39,669 bases of DNA, taken from a virus (taxonomy: Duplodnaviria; Heunggongvirae; Uroviricota; Caudoviricetes). Below the pieces are notes generated by a model. That model was given only the letters and a program-made list of their open reading frames with translations, had not been told where the DNA came from and ran no database searches. Positions 28,025-36,228 of this stretch are shown here, piece after piece (the stretch's first letter is position 1; every line of letters starts with the position of its first letter). The position numbers were made by a program, and so were the translations under genes. The stretch lies in the IMG/VR virus record IMGVR_UViG_2778261033_000015, one strand, 5' to 3'.

Positions 28025-28525
28025 TCAGACTTTCGGCAAATCGTAGCGACATAACCATTCATCCGCCGAACGGCGGGCCTCAAGGCCGGGGAGCTTCACC
28101 CCCTTTGAATAAATCCAGCGGATATACTGCTTACAGGACGCGGGCATCTGCCCGGCATTGATCAGGCGCAGAAGCGTGGAGTTGCGAAAGTTCGTTTCAC
28201 CGGCCCAGAAGATCCACGAAGCCAGCGCCACCGTCTGACCACGGGTAAGCGGCACCTGAACACGCCGATCAATGGCCGCAAAGGCCCATTTCATGTCCTT
28301 TTCCAGTAGTTCCAGGCATTCTTCATCCGTCAGGGTCATACCCGGTTTCACATCCGGGCCGGTATGGCCGTAACAGATGGTGGGTGTACCGGTGGGATCG
28401 ATATACGTGGAGTTTTCTTTCCCTTCCCAGTAACCGGTGTAATGCGTGGCAATCGTGAACGTCCCGGCACCGGCCAGAACAAGGGCAATCAGCTTTTTAC
28501 GCAGTGGTGCGGGGAGTTTTGGCAT
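28025..28525 (-). CDS. lys: Endolysin, phage lysozyme-type muramidase, probable SAR N-terminus
   Basis: 166 aa; Gly/Ala-rich weakly hydrophobic N-terminus (LVLAGAGTFTIAT) followed by YWEGKE...YIDPTG.PTICYGHTG, the lysozyme catalytic region. Confidence 0.85.
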   Translation of the reverse strand: MPKLPAPLRKKLIALVLAGAGTFTIATHYTGYWEGKENSTYIDPTGTPTICYGHTGPDVKPGMTLTDEECLELLEKDMKWAFAAIDRRVQVPLTRGQTVALASWIFWAGETNFRNSTLLRLINAGQMPASCKQYIRWIYSKGVKLPGLEARRSADEWLCRYDLPKV

Positions 28526-28526
28526 T

Positions 28527-28564
28527 GTTACGCTGTCTCATGATGTTCTCTGAGTCAGCGTAAC
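28527..28564 (-). promoter_or_regulatory. Inverted repeat in the lys leader (possible regulatory site)
   Basis: GTTACGCTG-N20-CAGCGTAAC, ending 1 nt before the lys start codon. Confidence 0.25.
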
Positions 28565-28596
28565 GGTGAAGGAAAGGCGGCAGGCTTTGCGGAATA

Positions 28597-29022
28597 TCAG
28601 AAAAGTGGCGGTTGTGTTCTTGCCAGATGCAGACGGCGCTGTTCACGTATGACGGTATAAATCTGGGTTTCTGACATCCGGTAATGGCGGCGAAGGGATT
28701 CAATTTTCTCGCCCCGGTCCCAGCGCGAAAATATCTCATTGTTTCGCAGCTCGGCAAAGAGAGATTCCCCGACCGGCAGGTAATAACCCCGTCCGCCCAT
28801 ATAGGCTGCCTGAGCCGCAGCCACCTTGCGTGCCAGTTTGCCGGCCAGTACCGGCTCAATCCCCTGACGCTGAAGTTCTGCGCCGGTGACTTCAACCAGT
28901 TCTGACAGGGTCCGCGGCCAGTTCTTTTTGAGAACATCATCAGGGATGTCATCAAGGCGGTCGATAAGGGCGTGCAGTTGCTCACTGTCACCACCAAACA
29001 TGCTCATCTGAGTTTCTGCCAT
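28597..29022 (-). CDS. Mor/C-family transcriptional activator (middle/late gene activator)
   Basis: 141 aa; C-terminal ...LRRHYRMSETQIYTVIREQRRLHLARTQPPLF matches the Mor/C HTH tail; the only family member seen in the window. Confidence 0.8.
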   Translation of the reverse strand: MAETQMSMFGGDSEQLHALIDRLDDIPDDVLKKNWPRTLSELVEVTGAELQRQGIEPVLAGKLARKVAAAQAAYMGGRGYYLPVGESLFAELRNNEIFSRWDRGEKIESLRRHYRMSETQIYTVIREQRRLHLARTQPPLF

Positions 29023-29063
29023 ATCAGCCTCCGGTTCTCGCGTTCCCGGTAAGTTTAAAATAA

Positions 29064-29087
29064 AAATCCCGCGTTGTGGCGGGATTT
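29064..29087 (-). terminator. Intrinsic terminator at end of early operon
   Basis: Perfect 9-bp stem AAATCCCGC/GCGGGATTT with 6-nt loop; on the minus strand followed by TTATTTTAAA; 5 bp downstream of the gemA-like stop. Confidence 0.55.
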
Positions 29088-29091
29088 GGGG

Positions 29092-29601
29092 TTAACGGGG
29101 AAGTGATTTTTCATACTGCCTGCAAACGGCGTCATACCCCATCAGCGTGCGTTCGGGCATTCCCATCGCGGCCAGCATTTTGCGGCGGTGCCATCGCTTG
29201 AGACGCTCCAGCACATCTGAGGCCAGGGCGGGGTGTTGCTCCAGCCACTGCCAGTTTGCCACACCTTCGCCGCCGTTTTGCGCGGCCGTCTGCGATTTCA
29301 CCCAGCGGTTAAGGGCGGTTTCCGCACCATCAGAGATAAAGCCCTGCCGGTGCATCACCTTCCAGATGGCGCGAATTTTAGCGGTCACCGTACCCGGTTT
29401 TAAGGCCCGGTTAACCGGGTTCTGACGCACTTTAAAACCGCGTTTTTTGAAAACATCCAGCACGCGGGATAACTCATCCGGTGACATATCCCGGCAGCTG
29501 GTTTTGCCGGTGACCGCCAGTAGTACGGATGTGTAGGTTTCATCATCCAGGGCAAGCTCGCGTTTTGCCACATGAATGGCAGATATCAGTTTCCCTCTCA
29601 T
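29092..29601 (-). CDS. GemA-like early protein (Mu gp16 family)
   Basis: 169 aa; N-terminus ...LISAIHVAKRELALDDETYTSVLLAVTGKTSC... as recalled for the Mu gemA family; last gene before the terminator. Confidence 0.55.
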   Translation of the reverse strand: MRGKLISAIHVAKRELALDDETYTSVLLAVTGKTSCRDMSPDELSRVLDVFKKRGFKVRQNPVNRALKPGTVTAKIRAIWKVMHRQGFISDGAETALNRWVKSQTAAQNGGEGVANWQWLEQHPALASDVLERLKRWHRRKMLAAMGMPERTLMGYDAVCRQYEKSLPR

Positions 29602-29894
29602 GCTGTATCAACACTCCTGCGGATATGATAGGTATTATTTTCCCGATCGAGCTGAACCCGATACTCCGGAGGAATCACAAAAATATTAAAACCATCATCA
29701 GTTTTTATTCTTGAGTAGCATTCCCCCTTATGATATCTGGCCAGTGCATTAATCAGAGAAGTCGCAGCCTGCCCAATCAGGTATTTTTTATGAAAAATAC
29801 TGATAACTTTCCGGCACAGCCATCGTGTAATGACGAATGCACCGAAAAAGGATGTGATATATAAATACCAGAACAACTGCGAACTACTGTCCAT
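29598..29894 (-). CDS. Hypothetical early membrane protein
   Basis: 98 aa, N-terminal TM (LFWYLYITSFFGAFVIT); lies in a locally AT-rich stretch. Confidence 0.5.
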   Translation of the reverse strand: MDSSSQLFWYLYITSFFGAFVITRWLCRKVISIFHKKYLIGQAATSLINALARYHKGECYSRIKTDDGFNIFVIPPEYRVQLDRENNTYHIRRSVDTA

Positions 29895-30081
29895 TATCTT
29901 TCTCCTTATTCAGTCTTCTGCGGCATTCGGCACAGTCATCAGGGCTTTCAAATGTATCCGGCTCGCGATTATGAGCCAGATATAACCACCGTCCACATAT
30001 ACTGATATTTTCGCCTGTTTTAAAAAAATGATGCTTCCTGGCCATTAGTGGCCGCGCCCATCCAGCGGGTAGACTATTCAT
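29884..30081 (-). CDS. Hypothetical small Cys-containing protein
   Basis: 65-aa ORF in early operon orientation with Cys pairs (CGRW...CAEC). Confidence 0.4.
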   Translation of the reverse strand: MNSLPAGWARPLMARKHHFFKTGENISICGRWLYLAHNREPDTFESPDDCAECRRRLNKEKDNGQ

Positions 30082-30409
30082 TTGCTTTATCCTCCATGCT
30101 GGACAGAATCATATGTATTAATGTCGGGCGTGGAGATATACGCATTTCATTAAGCGTCTGAAGGGCAGCAACAGCTGCCTGTTTATCGGTGCCTTTGGCA
30201 ATTTCAGCAAGAGAATGCACAATCCATAATGGGCTTAACGCTACGGCTGAATGCAGAATCATGTCATCCATAATAATTTCTGGCATATCCCGTTTGTCAC
30301 ATTCTTTATCCATAAAAGAAACGATTTTTTCTGCATCTTCCGGTTTCATGCCTCCGGCGATGAGAATTTTACGATATTCATAAGACGATCTTAATTCAAT
30401 ACTCATCAT
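30074..30409 (-). CDS. Hypothetical early protein
   Basis: 111-aa ORF, early-operon orientation, coupled to neighbours; no recognisable motif. Confidence 0.5.
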   Translation of the reverse strand: MMSIELRSSYEYRKILIAGGMKPEDAEKIVSFMDKECDKRDMPEIIMDDMILHSAVALSPLWIVHSLAEIAKGTDKQAAVAALQTLNEMRISPRPTLIHMILSSMEDKANE

Positions 30410-30421
30410 TCACCTGCCTGT

Positions 30422-30814
30422 TTAATCAGTTTCCAGTGCTTTGCTACGGGCAACAGCCTCACACTCAAAAAATACCGACTCCGGCACACGCTCCTTTAAT
30501 TCACGAACAAGAAAATCATTAACGAGTTCATGACGTCTTATATTTCTTTCCTTTTCCTCCTGGCGCAATACAGCAAGGCGGTATTCAACAGTCCGGCGTT
30601 GTTTCTGAAAGACAGCTAGTGCTTTTCTGGCAGAGTTACGCAATGTATCATCGCCACAGGGTTCGTATTCAAGCTGAAATTTAATCTCTTCAATGGTTTC
30701 TTTTATTTTTGCCAGCAAGCTAAGACAGTCGCTGATTGTCTTCAGTTTTTCATTATCAATATAACTTCTCACGCATTCACCTCCCGTCATTCCGGTAAAG
30801 CTGAAATATGGCAC
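30422..30814 (-). CDS. Hypothetical early protein
   Basis: 130-aa ORF, helical/charged; no recognisable motif. Confidence 0.5.
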   Translation of the reverse strand: MPYFSFTGMTGGECVRSYIDNEKLKTISDCLSLLAKIKETIEEIKFQLEYEPCGDDTLRNSARKALAVFQKQRRTVEYRLAVLRQEEKERNIRRHELVNDFLVRELKERVPESVFFECEAVARSKALETD

Positions 30815-31098
30815 CAGTGCGTCACCTGTCCGTCCTCATCTTCAAGGCAGGCTCCGGTTTCTTCATCAATAAAAAAGCCTTCATACCCCATATGGCCGAT
30901 GCGCAGTTCCTGTTGGTCACCATACTGAACAATCAGCACGACAGCCTCCATATCAGGCGGGAAAGCATCATTCAGTGAATGCCAGGGATAACCGCGCAAA
31001 TCCCCGAAATAAACACCGGTCAGCGTTCCGCCACAGACCGGCATTCCGACGGCACACACAAGGGGTTCATCTGATTCAACAAATAATGTCGTTATCAT
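30787..31098 (-). CDS. Hypothetical early protein
   Basis: 103-aa acidic ORF overlapping neighbours. Confidence 0.5.
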   Translation of the reverse strand: MITTLFVESDEPLVCAVGMPVCGGTLTGVYFGDLRGYPWHSLNDAFPPDMEAVVLIVQYGDQQELRIGHMGYEGFFIDEETGACLEDEDGQVTHWCHISALPE

Positions 31099-31646
31099 GG
31101 CATTAATTCCCGTAATACAACATCTTCGGCAGTCCGACGACGGTGATAAATAAAACTCACCGTGCCCTCGGATAATTCAAATTTCTCGCCGATTTCCCTA
31201 AAGGTAAGACGCCGTGGTGATTCAGCATCCCGTAATTCACGAATAAGACGAACATCATCGTCAGGTATGCGGGTGAAGGGCAGCAACTCTCCGTATTTTT
31301 TCATGCTTACGCCAATATATCGCGCCCGATTGTGGACAGAATCCCGGTCTCGCCCCAGATATTCTCCTATTTGCTTACCGGTCATTGTTCTGGCATTTTT
31401 TCGGATAAATTTATCTTCATCAGGTTTAAATCTGAGGCGTTTGCATTTGAGCAACTCCGGGTAAGTACCGCGTAATAAAACAATCCGGTTATGTACACCC
31501 CAGAAACTTCTTTTTATCCTGACAGCAATATCCTTAACCGGGGTGGATGGATAAAGCGCAATCAGCAGCGCATCTTCTTCAGGTGTCCATGCGCGAACAT
31601 GAGCGGGTGCACGGCCTTTTCTCCCCATGGGTTGTAATATCATCAT
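31095..31646 (-). CDS. Hypothetical early protein, possible DNA-binding
   Basis: 183 aa; basic, with HTH-like C-terminal segment (LTFREIGEKFELSEGTVSFIYHRRR). Confidence 0.5.
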   Translation of the reverse strand: MMILQPMGRKGRAPAHVRAWTPEEDALLIALYPSTPVKDIAVRIKRSFWGVHNRIVLLRGTYPELLKCKRLRFKPDEDKFIRKNARTMTGKQIGEYLGRDRDSVHNRARYIGVSMKKYGELLPFTRIPDDDVRLIRELRDAESPRRLTFREIGEKFELSEGTVSFIYHRRRTAEDVVLRELMP

Positions 31647-31649
31647 GCA

Positions 31650-32165
31650 TCACCCCCTGACTCGCTTTTCAGCAGCATAAAACTCATCAGACAGAATTTC
31701 GGTCATTTTCTGATTTGCGGGTTTTACGCCGCACTCAAGGTAAATCACATCGTCAACGCAGAACCACTTCACAGGGCCAAACATGATTGCCGAGAAATCA
31801 ATACCCAGCCAGAACAACAGTGCATCGGTTCTGGCATACGTGACGGGCGAATATTCACGCCACAGACTGTTAAGTTCGTCAGAGGCAACGCGCAGGGCTT
31901 TGGGAATACGTGATGTGCGCGGTGTGCAGCTCCAGCCATTCGACGCAGTCGGTTTTCGCCATAAGTCGCGATGAAAAGGATATTTGTCATCCATAAAGCG
32001 CAGCCCTTTAAAACAAAAGCCACTGATACCGGATACAAATACCGACCGGCACGCAACATTCAGCACGGCCTCAAGGCGTTTTGCCTCATCCTTAACTTTC
32101 TGGCAGTCCTGCTGATATTTTTGCCACGCGGCCAGCGCGGAAGGGTTTGATGTTTTAAAGAACAT
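31650..32165 (-). CDS. Hypothetical early protein
   Basis: 171-aa ORF, no recognisable motif. Confidence 0.5.
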   Translation of the reverse strand: MFFKTSNPSALAAWQKYQQDCQKVKDEAKRLEAVLNVACRSVFVSGISGFCFKGLRFMDDKYPFHRDLWRKPTASNGWSCTPRTSRIPKALRVASDELNSLWREYSPVTYARTDALLFWLGIDFSAIMFGPVKWFCVDDVIYLECGVKPANQKMTEILSDEFYAAEKRVRG

Positions 32166-32698
32166 TACGCCACCTCCGCAGATATCCCGGCAGGCGCGGC
32201 CGTCCGGTCAACAATCAGGTAACGCAGAACGCGCGAGGTGATATTCCAGCCGCTTAAACCGCAGATAATGACACCCAGGCGTATGTCGATATACGCCATC
32301 ACAAACTGGGGCACGCCTTCTTTCATGGCCTGCTCATCAACTTCAGCCACCACATAAACGGTTTCACAGGTCAGAACGCCCTGAGCAAATTCCCACGCCA
32401 TTGACGGAATATCATGCCCCTCAATCCACGGCAGGGATTTTCTGAAGCTGCACCACTGAACATCATCAGCCGCACCTTCCTGGCTGCATTTGCGACGAAC
32501 CGGCTGCACCGGGCGGGGACGCGGAATATCATAAAAACCGTTACATTCCGTCAGCACCCCGGCATCGACCGCATCACGCAGAAAATAAACCATCGAGGAT
32601 GGCGGCATATTCATTTTTTCAGCCAGAATGCCGCAGGTCAGACGCCCGTAAATACTCAGCCAGTTTTTAACCCCTTCAAGCACTTTTGCACCAATCAT
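32165..32698 (-). CDS. Hypothetical early protein
   Basis: 177-aa ORF, stop/start overlap with neighbour. Confidence 0.5.
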   Translation of the reverse strand: MIGAKVLEGVKNWLSIYGRLTCGILAEKMNMPPSSMVYFLRDAVDAGVLTECNGFYDIPRPRPVQPVRRKCSQEGAADDVQWCSFRKSLPWIEGHDIPSMAWEFAQGVLTCETVYVVAEVDEQAMKEGVPQFVMAYIDIRLGVIICGLSGWNITSRVLRYLIVDRTAAPAGISAEVA

Positions 32699-32701
32699 GA
32701 A

Positions 32702-33244
32702 TTATTCCTCCGTCAGCGCCACATATTCAGAATGTTTAATCTCCTGGCATTCTTCAGGAATACCCCCTTTTATTTCCCTGCCATAAGCGCCTACTTTAAA
32801 CACCACGCACAGGGCATCACGGGAGAGCGACGGGGTCCACCAGGAGTCCATGTTAAACATGGAGGGGATTCTCATTACCCCCAGCTTTTCACAGAGCCAG
32901 ACAAGGAAATCAGGACGCTTTCTTAACTCGCGTTCAGCGGCTTCAATCATTGCGGCAATCGCCGGTCCTTCAGGGCATGACTCATCAGGTCTGGCAATAA
33001 AGCACGGTCCGTCCCCGATAAAAGCCACATCATCGCGCTTACGCCAGCCCGCAGGCAGAGCACCAGAAAAATAAAACTCACTGATTACGTCCATGGCAAA
33101 CGGCTTTAAGCGCAATCCGGCAGCGCCTGTATTTTTCAGTAATGCCCGAAGAATACTGTTGCGTAGCGGTAAAACAGTCTGTTGATATTTGGTGAAATAT
33201 TTATTTGTCTGCACACGGTCTAATTTGAAATAAAAATATGCCAT
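32702..33244 (-). CDS. Hypothetical early protein
   Basis: 180-aa ORF downstream of gam. Confidence 0.5.
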   Translation of the reverse strand: MAYFYFKLDRVQTNKYFTKYQQTVLPLRNSILRALLKNTGAAGLRLKPFAMDVISEFYFSGALPAGWRKRDDVAFIGDGPCFIARPDESCPEGPAIAAMIEAAERELRKRPDFLVWLCEKLGVMRIPSMFNMDSWWTPSLSRDALCVVFKVGAYGREIKGGIPEECQEIKHSEYVALTEE

Positions 33245-33341
33245 ATATCCTGTTCCTTATTTTCAGTTTACAGGCGCAGGCAGTCCCCTGACGCGAGCGC
33301 CATACTTAAAACGATGTGATATTTAAAGATTTAATGCGGTG

Positions 33342-33872
33342 TTATTTATTCAGTCCGGCGTCCTGTTCAAAAGGCTCGACATAAAAACTTTCAGCGCCTT
33401 TATTCACCTTAATACCGGCAATGCCTTTCACTGCATCCGGCTCCGCTAGGACCGCTTCCTTGTTCACTTCCTCTTTCGTGCGGATGAATCGCTCAAGCCC
33501 CATACGGCGCAGCATTTCAATCACACCTTCCACATCACGGCTGACGCTGCATGATGGATTTCCCAGCCGCCATGACACTGTTCCGGTGGTCAGATTGGCT
33601 GTTTTGGTTTTGCCGCCGTTCGTCAGCTCATCGCGGTTGGTTTTGCACCAGTCCTGAATCCCCTTAAAAAGCACTTTGATTTCTTTTTTAAGGTTTTCAA
33701 TCTGCGGCGTATAACGGGCGGTGATTTCTGCCACTTCATCATTCATCGCCGTTTCCAGCCGTAGCGCCTCTCGCTGAATATCGCCCAGGGTACGGATATC
33801 GCGGCTGACTTCTTCGCGGGTCTGCGGTGCAGCCTCGGCTGCGGCCTTTAATTTTGTAACACGTTTAGCCAT
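33342..33872 (-). CDS. gam: Host-nuclease inhibitor protein Gam
   Basis: MAKRVTKLKAAAEAAPQTREEV...LRLETAMNDEVAEITARY...ELTNGGKTKTANL...FIRTKEEVNKEA... closely parallels Mu Gam along its length. Confidence 0.85.
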   Translation of the reverse strand: MAKRVTKLKAAAEAAPQTREEVSRDIRTLGDIQREALRLETAMNDEVAEITARYTPQIENLKKEIKVLFKGIQDWCKTNRDELTNGGKTKTANLTTGTVSWRLGNPSCSVSRDVEGVIEMLRRMGLERFIRTKEEVNKEAVLAEPDAVKGIAGIKVNKGAESFYVEPFEQDAGLNK

Positions 33873-33883
33873 TTTGTTTTTCC

Positions 33884-34177
33884 TTATTGCAGTGTGCCTG
33901 ATGCTTTATGCACGCGGTGGCGTTTAATGATGGCATCCGCCCCAAAAGCCTGTACAGATGCCTGAAATTCCGCTGAGAGAAACTGAATAATTTCAGGACT
34001 GTGATACTGGAGAATACTTGCATAAACGCCACAGAGTGACGTCGGCCTGTTATTCGTATCACGTTCTGTTTTTACATCCACACCAATCTTTTCATGCACT
34101 TCAACACAGTCATTGCCTGCCGGTTTTTCGTCATGCGAAACATGCTTAAATTCAAAAATAACGCGTACTTTGCTCAT
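33884..34177 (-). CDS. Hypothetical early protein, paralogue 2 of tandem pair
   Basis: Start set at internal Met MSKVRVIFEFKHVSH..., which mirrors the N-terminus of the adjacent upstream gene. Confidence 0.5.
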   Translation of the reverse strand: MSKVRVIFEFKHVSHDEKPAGNDCVEVHEKIGVDVKTERDTNNRPTSLCGVYASILQYHSPEIIQFLSAEFQASVQAFGADAIIKRHRVHKASGTLQ

Positions 34178-34181
34178 GGAA

Positions 34182-34454
34182 TTACCCCTGCTGATTAAAT
34201 TCATTACCTTTAATAACCCCGGAACGCATGCTCATATCTTTCATGAGCGCACTGGCTTTCATTGCCACAAGTTCAGCAAAGTCTCTGCTTTCCGCGAGCA
34301 TAACCACCCCAAAAATCATGGCGGGTCCATCACCTTTCTGCTTTATCCCGGTTGAACGTATGTCCAGACTTACCCCCATGCGCACTGTTCCATCAGCGTT
34401 TTTATGGATAACGTGCTCCTTGTATTCGAAAATAATGCGTACGACTTTACTCAT
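34182..34454 (-). CDS. Hypothetical early protein, paralogue 1 of tandem pair
   Basis: MSKVVRIIFEYKEHVIH...; same N-terminal 15 aa motif as the next gene. Confidence 0.5.
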   Translation of the reverse strand: MSKVVRIIFEYKEHVIHKNADGTVRMGVSLDIRSTGIKQKGDGPAMIFGVVMLAESRDFAELVAMKASALMKDMSMRSGVIKGNEFNQQG

Positions 34455-34732
34455 CCTCTGGTCCTCGTTCTGTTTGGATAACTGACCCGGCGTCTGACCT
34501 CACGGCAGAACCGAATCATGGCATTAAAGGCTTCTTCCTCCGTCACCGCTTCCGGTATCCCCGGAACCAGTAACTGCTCCTGTTCATCACGTCCATGACG
34601 CGCCATAACCTCAATCACATGCCGTACCGTGGCAGGCTTTCCGGCAACTATCGGCAATGCACCTTCCGGCAGGACGTAACCAAACTCAATAAGACCACTC
34701 GACCACGCCCATGCAATGAGATTTTTTTTCAC
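34451..34732 (-). CDS. Hypothetical early protein
   Basis: 93-aa ORF, 4-nt overlap with downstream gene. Confidence 0.45.
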   Translation of the reverse strand: MKKNLIAWAWSSGLIEFGYVLPEGALPIVAGKPATVRHVIEVMARHGRDEQEQLLVPGIPEAVTEEEAFNAMIRFCREVRRRVSYPNRTRTRG

Positions 34733-34733
34733 C

Positions 34734-35000
34734 TCACACCTCCCAGTAAACCGTGCAGCCGCTGATGCGGGTGGCCTTCACACGGCGGCGCAGGCCGTTG
34801 GTCTGTATGGTGATTTCAATTTCACCGGTTCCCTGCACGTTGCCTACCGGCGGCGTGGTTTTCAGTGCAAAACGTTGCGGATAGCGCTTACTGCGTTCCA
34901 GTACCGCACCGGCAAGTTCGGTCAGACGGCGCGCGCTGTTCAGGGAGTCGAATAAATTCATTTTGTTACCGCAGGATTGCATATTCATATAACACCTCAT
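34734..35000 (-). CDS. Hypothetical early protein
   Basis: 88-aa ORF; start uncertain. Confidence 0.4.
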   Translation of the reverse strand: MRCYMNMQSCGNKMNLFDSLNSARRLTELAGAVLERSKRYPQRFALKTTPPVGNVQGTGEIEITIQTNGLRRRVKATRISGCTVYWEV

Positions 35001-35228
35001 TTAGCTGACTTGTTTCGCACCAACAGAACGGCATATTCCGCTGTAAACGTCTGTCGCACCTTCGCGATCAAGTCCGGCAGATATCACCATTCGTGTGCGG
35101 TCATTAAATTCAAAAAGTAAATCGCCACATTCTTTATTTTCGGCCAGTGAAATCACCTTCACGTTATCGAAATTAACCAGGTAAAAGCGTCCGTAAATAT
35201 CAGGAATATTAAATACCGCCATAATCAC
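35001..35228 (-). CDS. Hypothetical small early protein (Mu kil position)
   Basis: 75-aa ORF immediately downstream of B, overlapping its stop; positional analogy only. Confidence 0.45.
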   Translation of the reverse strand: MIMAVFNIPDIYGRFYLVNFDNVKVISLAENKECGDLLFEFNDRTRMVISAGLDREGATDVYSGICRSVGAKQVS

Positions 35229-36157
35229 ACCTGTGAGAGTAATTCAGGGTTGGTATAAACCTCTTTAAAGGCCGCATTAATATGTTTTTCTGTCAGCGCC
35301 GCGCCTTCACCGCTGGCGGTGAGCCACGCCTGGTTAAGCGTATGTGTCAGAACGCGTAACGCTCCCGGCTTTTCAGCGATAGCCTGCATGACGGCCAGCT
35401 CGGCCTCACCACTGATCCCCCACGCCCTGGCAATGGCCAGCACATCCGCCTTTTTGGCCTTGCGAAGTTGTTTTGTACGGGCAAGACGGCTGAACAGGCG
35501 CGATAAATCATCAAAGGCGCGGCGTCCACCTTTAAACAATCCGCGCGGGTTACCAATAAGCACCATCCCGATCCCCGTGGCGTCCTGAATTGCCCGGAGT
35601 TGCTCCAGACCGTCAATACCCAGATGATCCGCCTCATCCACAATCACCAGTCCACGCGTTCCCATCAGGCGACGGCGGATGGCGCGGGATAATGCCCCTT
35701 TGTTCGCGCGGGTGTAATCAATCCCCAGCGCATCGGCCAGCTCCAGCAGACACTCCGTGACGCTGGAGTGCGCGGGTGACAGGGTGATCATCCAGGTGTT
35801 TGGTTGCTCCTGGCAGTAATTACGGGCAGTGGCCGTTTTACCCACACCCGGTACGCCCACAATAACGTTAATACAGCCCATCAGACGAACCGCCTGAAAC
35901 AGTGCGCGCAGCTCCTGGACTGTCTGCGTTTCCACAAACTGCGGCGGTTCCGGCAGTGCGCTTTGTTTATTCCAGTTTTCATACCAGGAACGCAGGGAAG
36001 CAGCCACAGCGGCGTTATCGCCTTTATATTTCCCCTTGCGGAAAGCCGATAATGTGCCGTCGGAAATTCCCGCCTCTCTGGCGATGGCATACTGCGTCAG
36101 TACGCCGCCATCAATAAGTTCATCAATGGTCTTGATTACATCGTTAATATCAGTCAT
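35225..36157 (-). CDS. B: Transposition ATPase / target DNA activator B
   Basis: 310 aa; Walker A GVPGVGKT; long collinear similarity to MuB as recalled (...GDNAAVAASLRSWYENW..., ...KKADVLAIARAWGISGEAELAVMQAIAEKPGALRVL...). Confidence 0.9.
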   Translation of the reverse strand: MTDINDVIKTIDELIDGGVLTQYAIAREAGISDGTLSAFRKGKYKGDNAAVAASLRSWYENWNKQSALPEPPQFVETQTVQELRALFQAVRLMGCINVIVGVPGVGKTATARNYCQEQPNTWMITLSPAHSSVTECLLELADALGIDYTRANKGALSRAIRRRLMGTRGLVIVDEADHLGIDGLEQLRAIQDATGIGMVLIGNPRGLFKGGRRAFDDLSRLFSRLARTKQLRKAKKADVLAIARAWGISGEAELAVMQAIAEKPGALRVLTHTLNQAWLTASGEGAALTEKHINAAFKEVYTNPELLSQV

Positions 36158-36228
36158 ATTATTAACCTCTCATTTGATACCTTGTTTAATCAAATAACCT
36201 GAGTCGCCGCTCGGGTTATTTTTTTATT

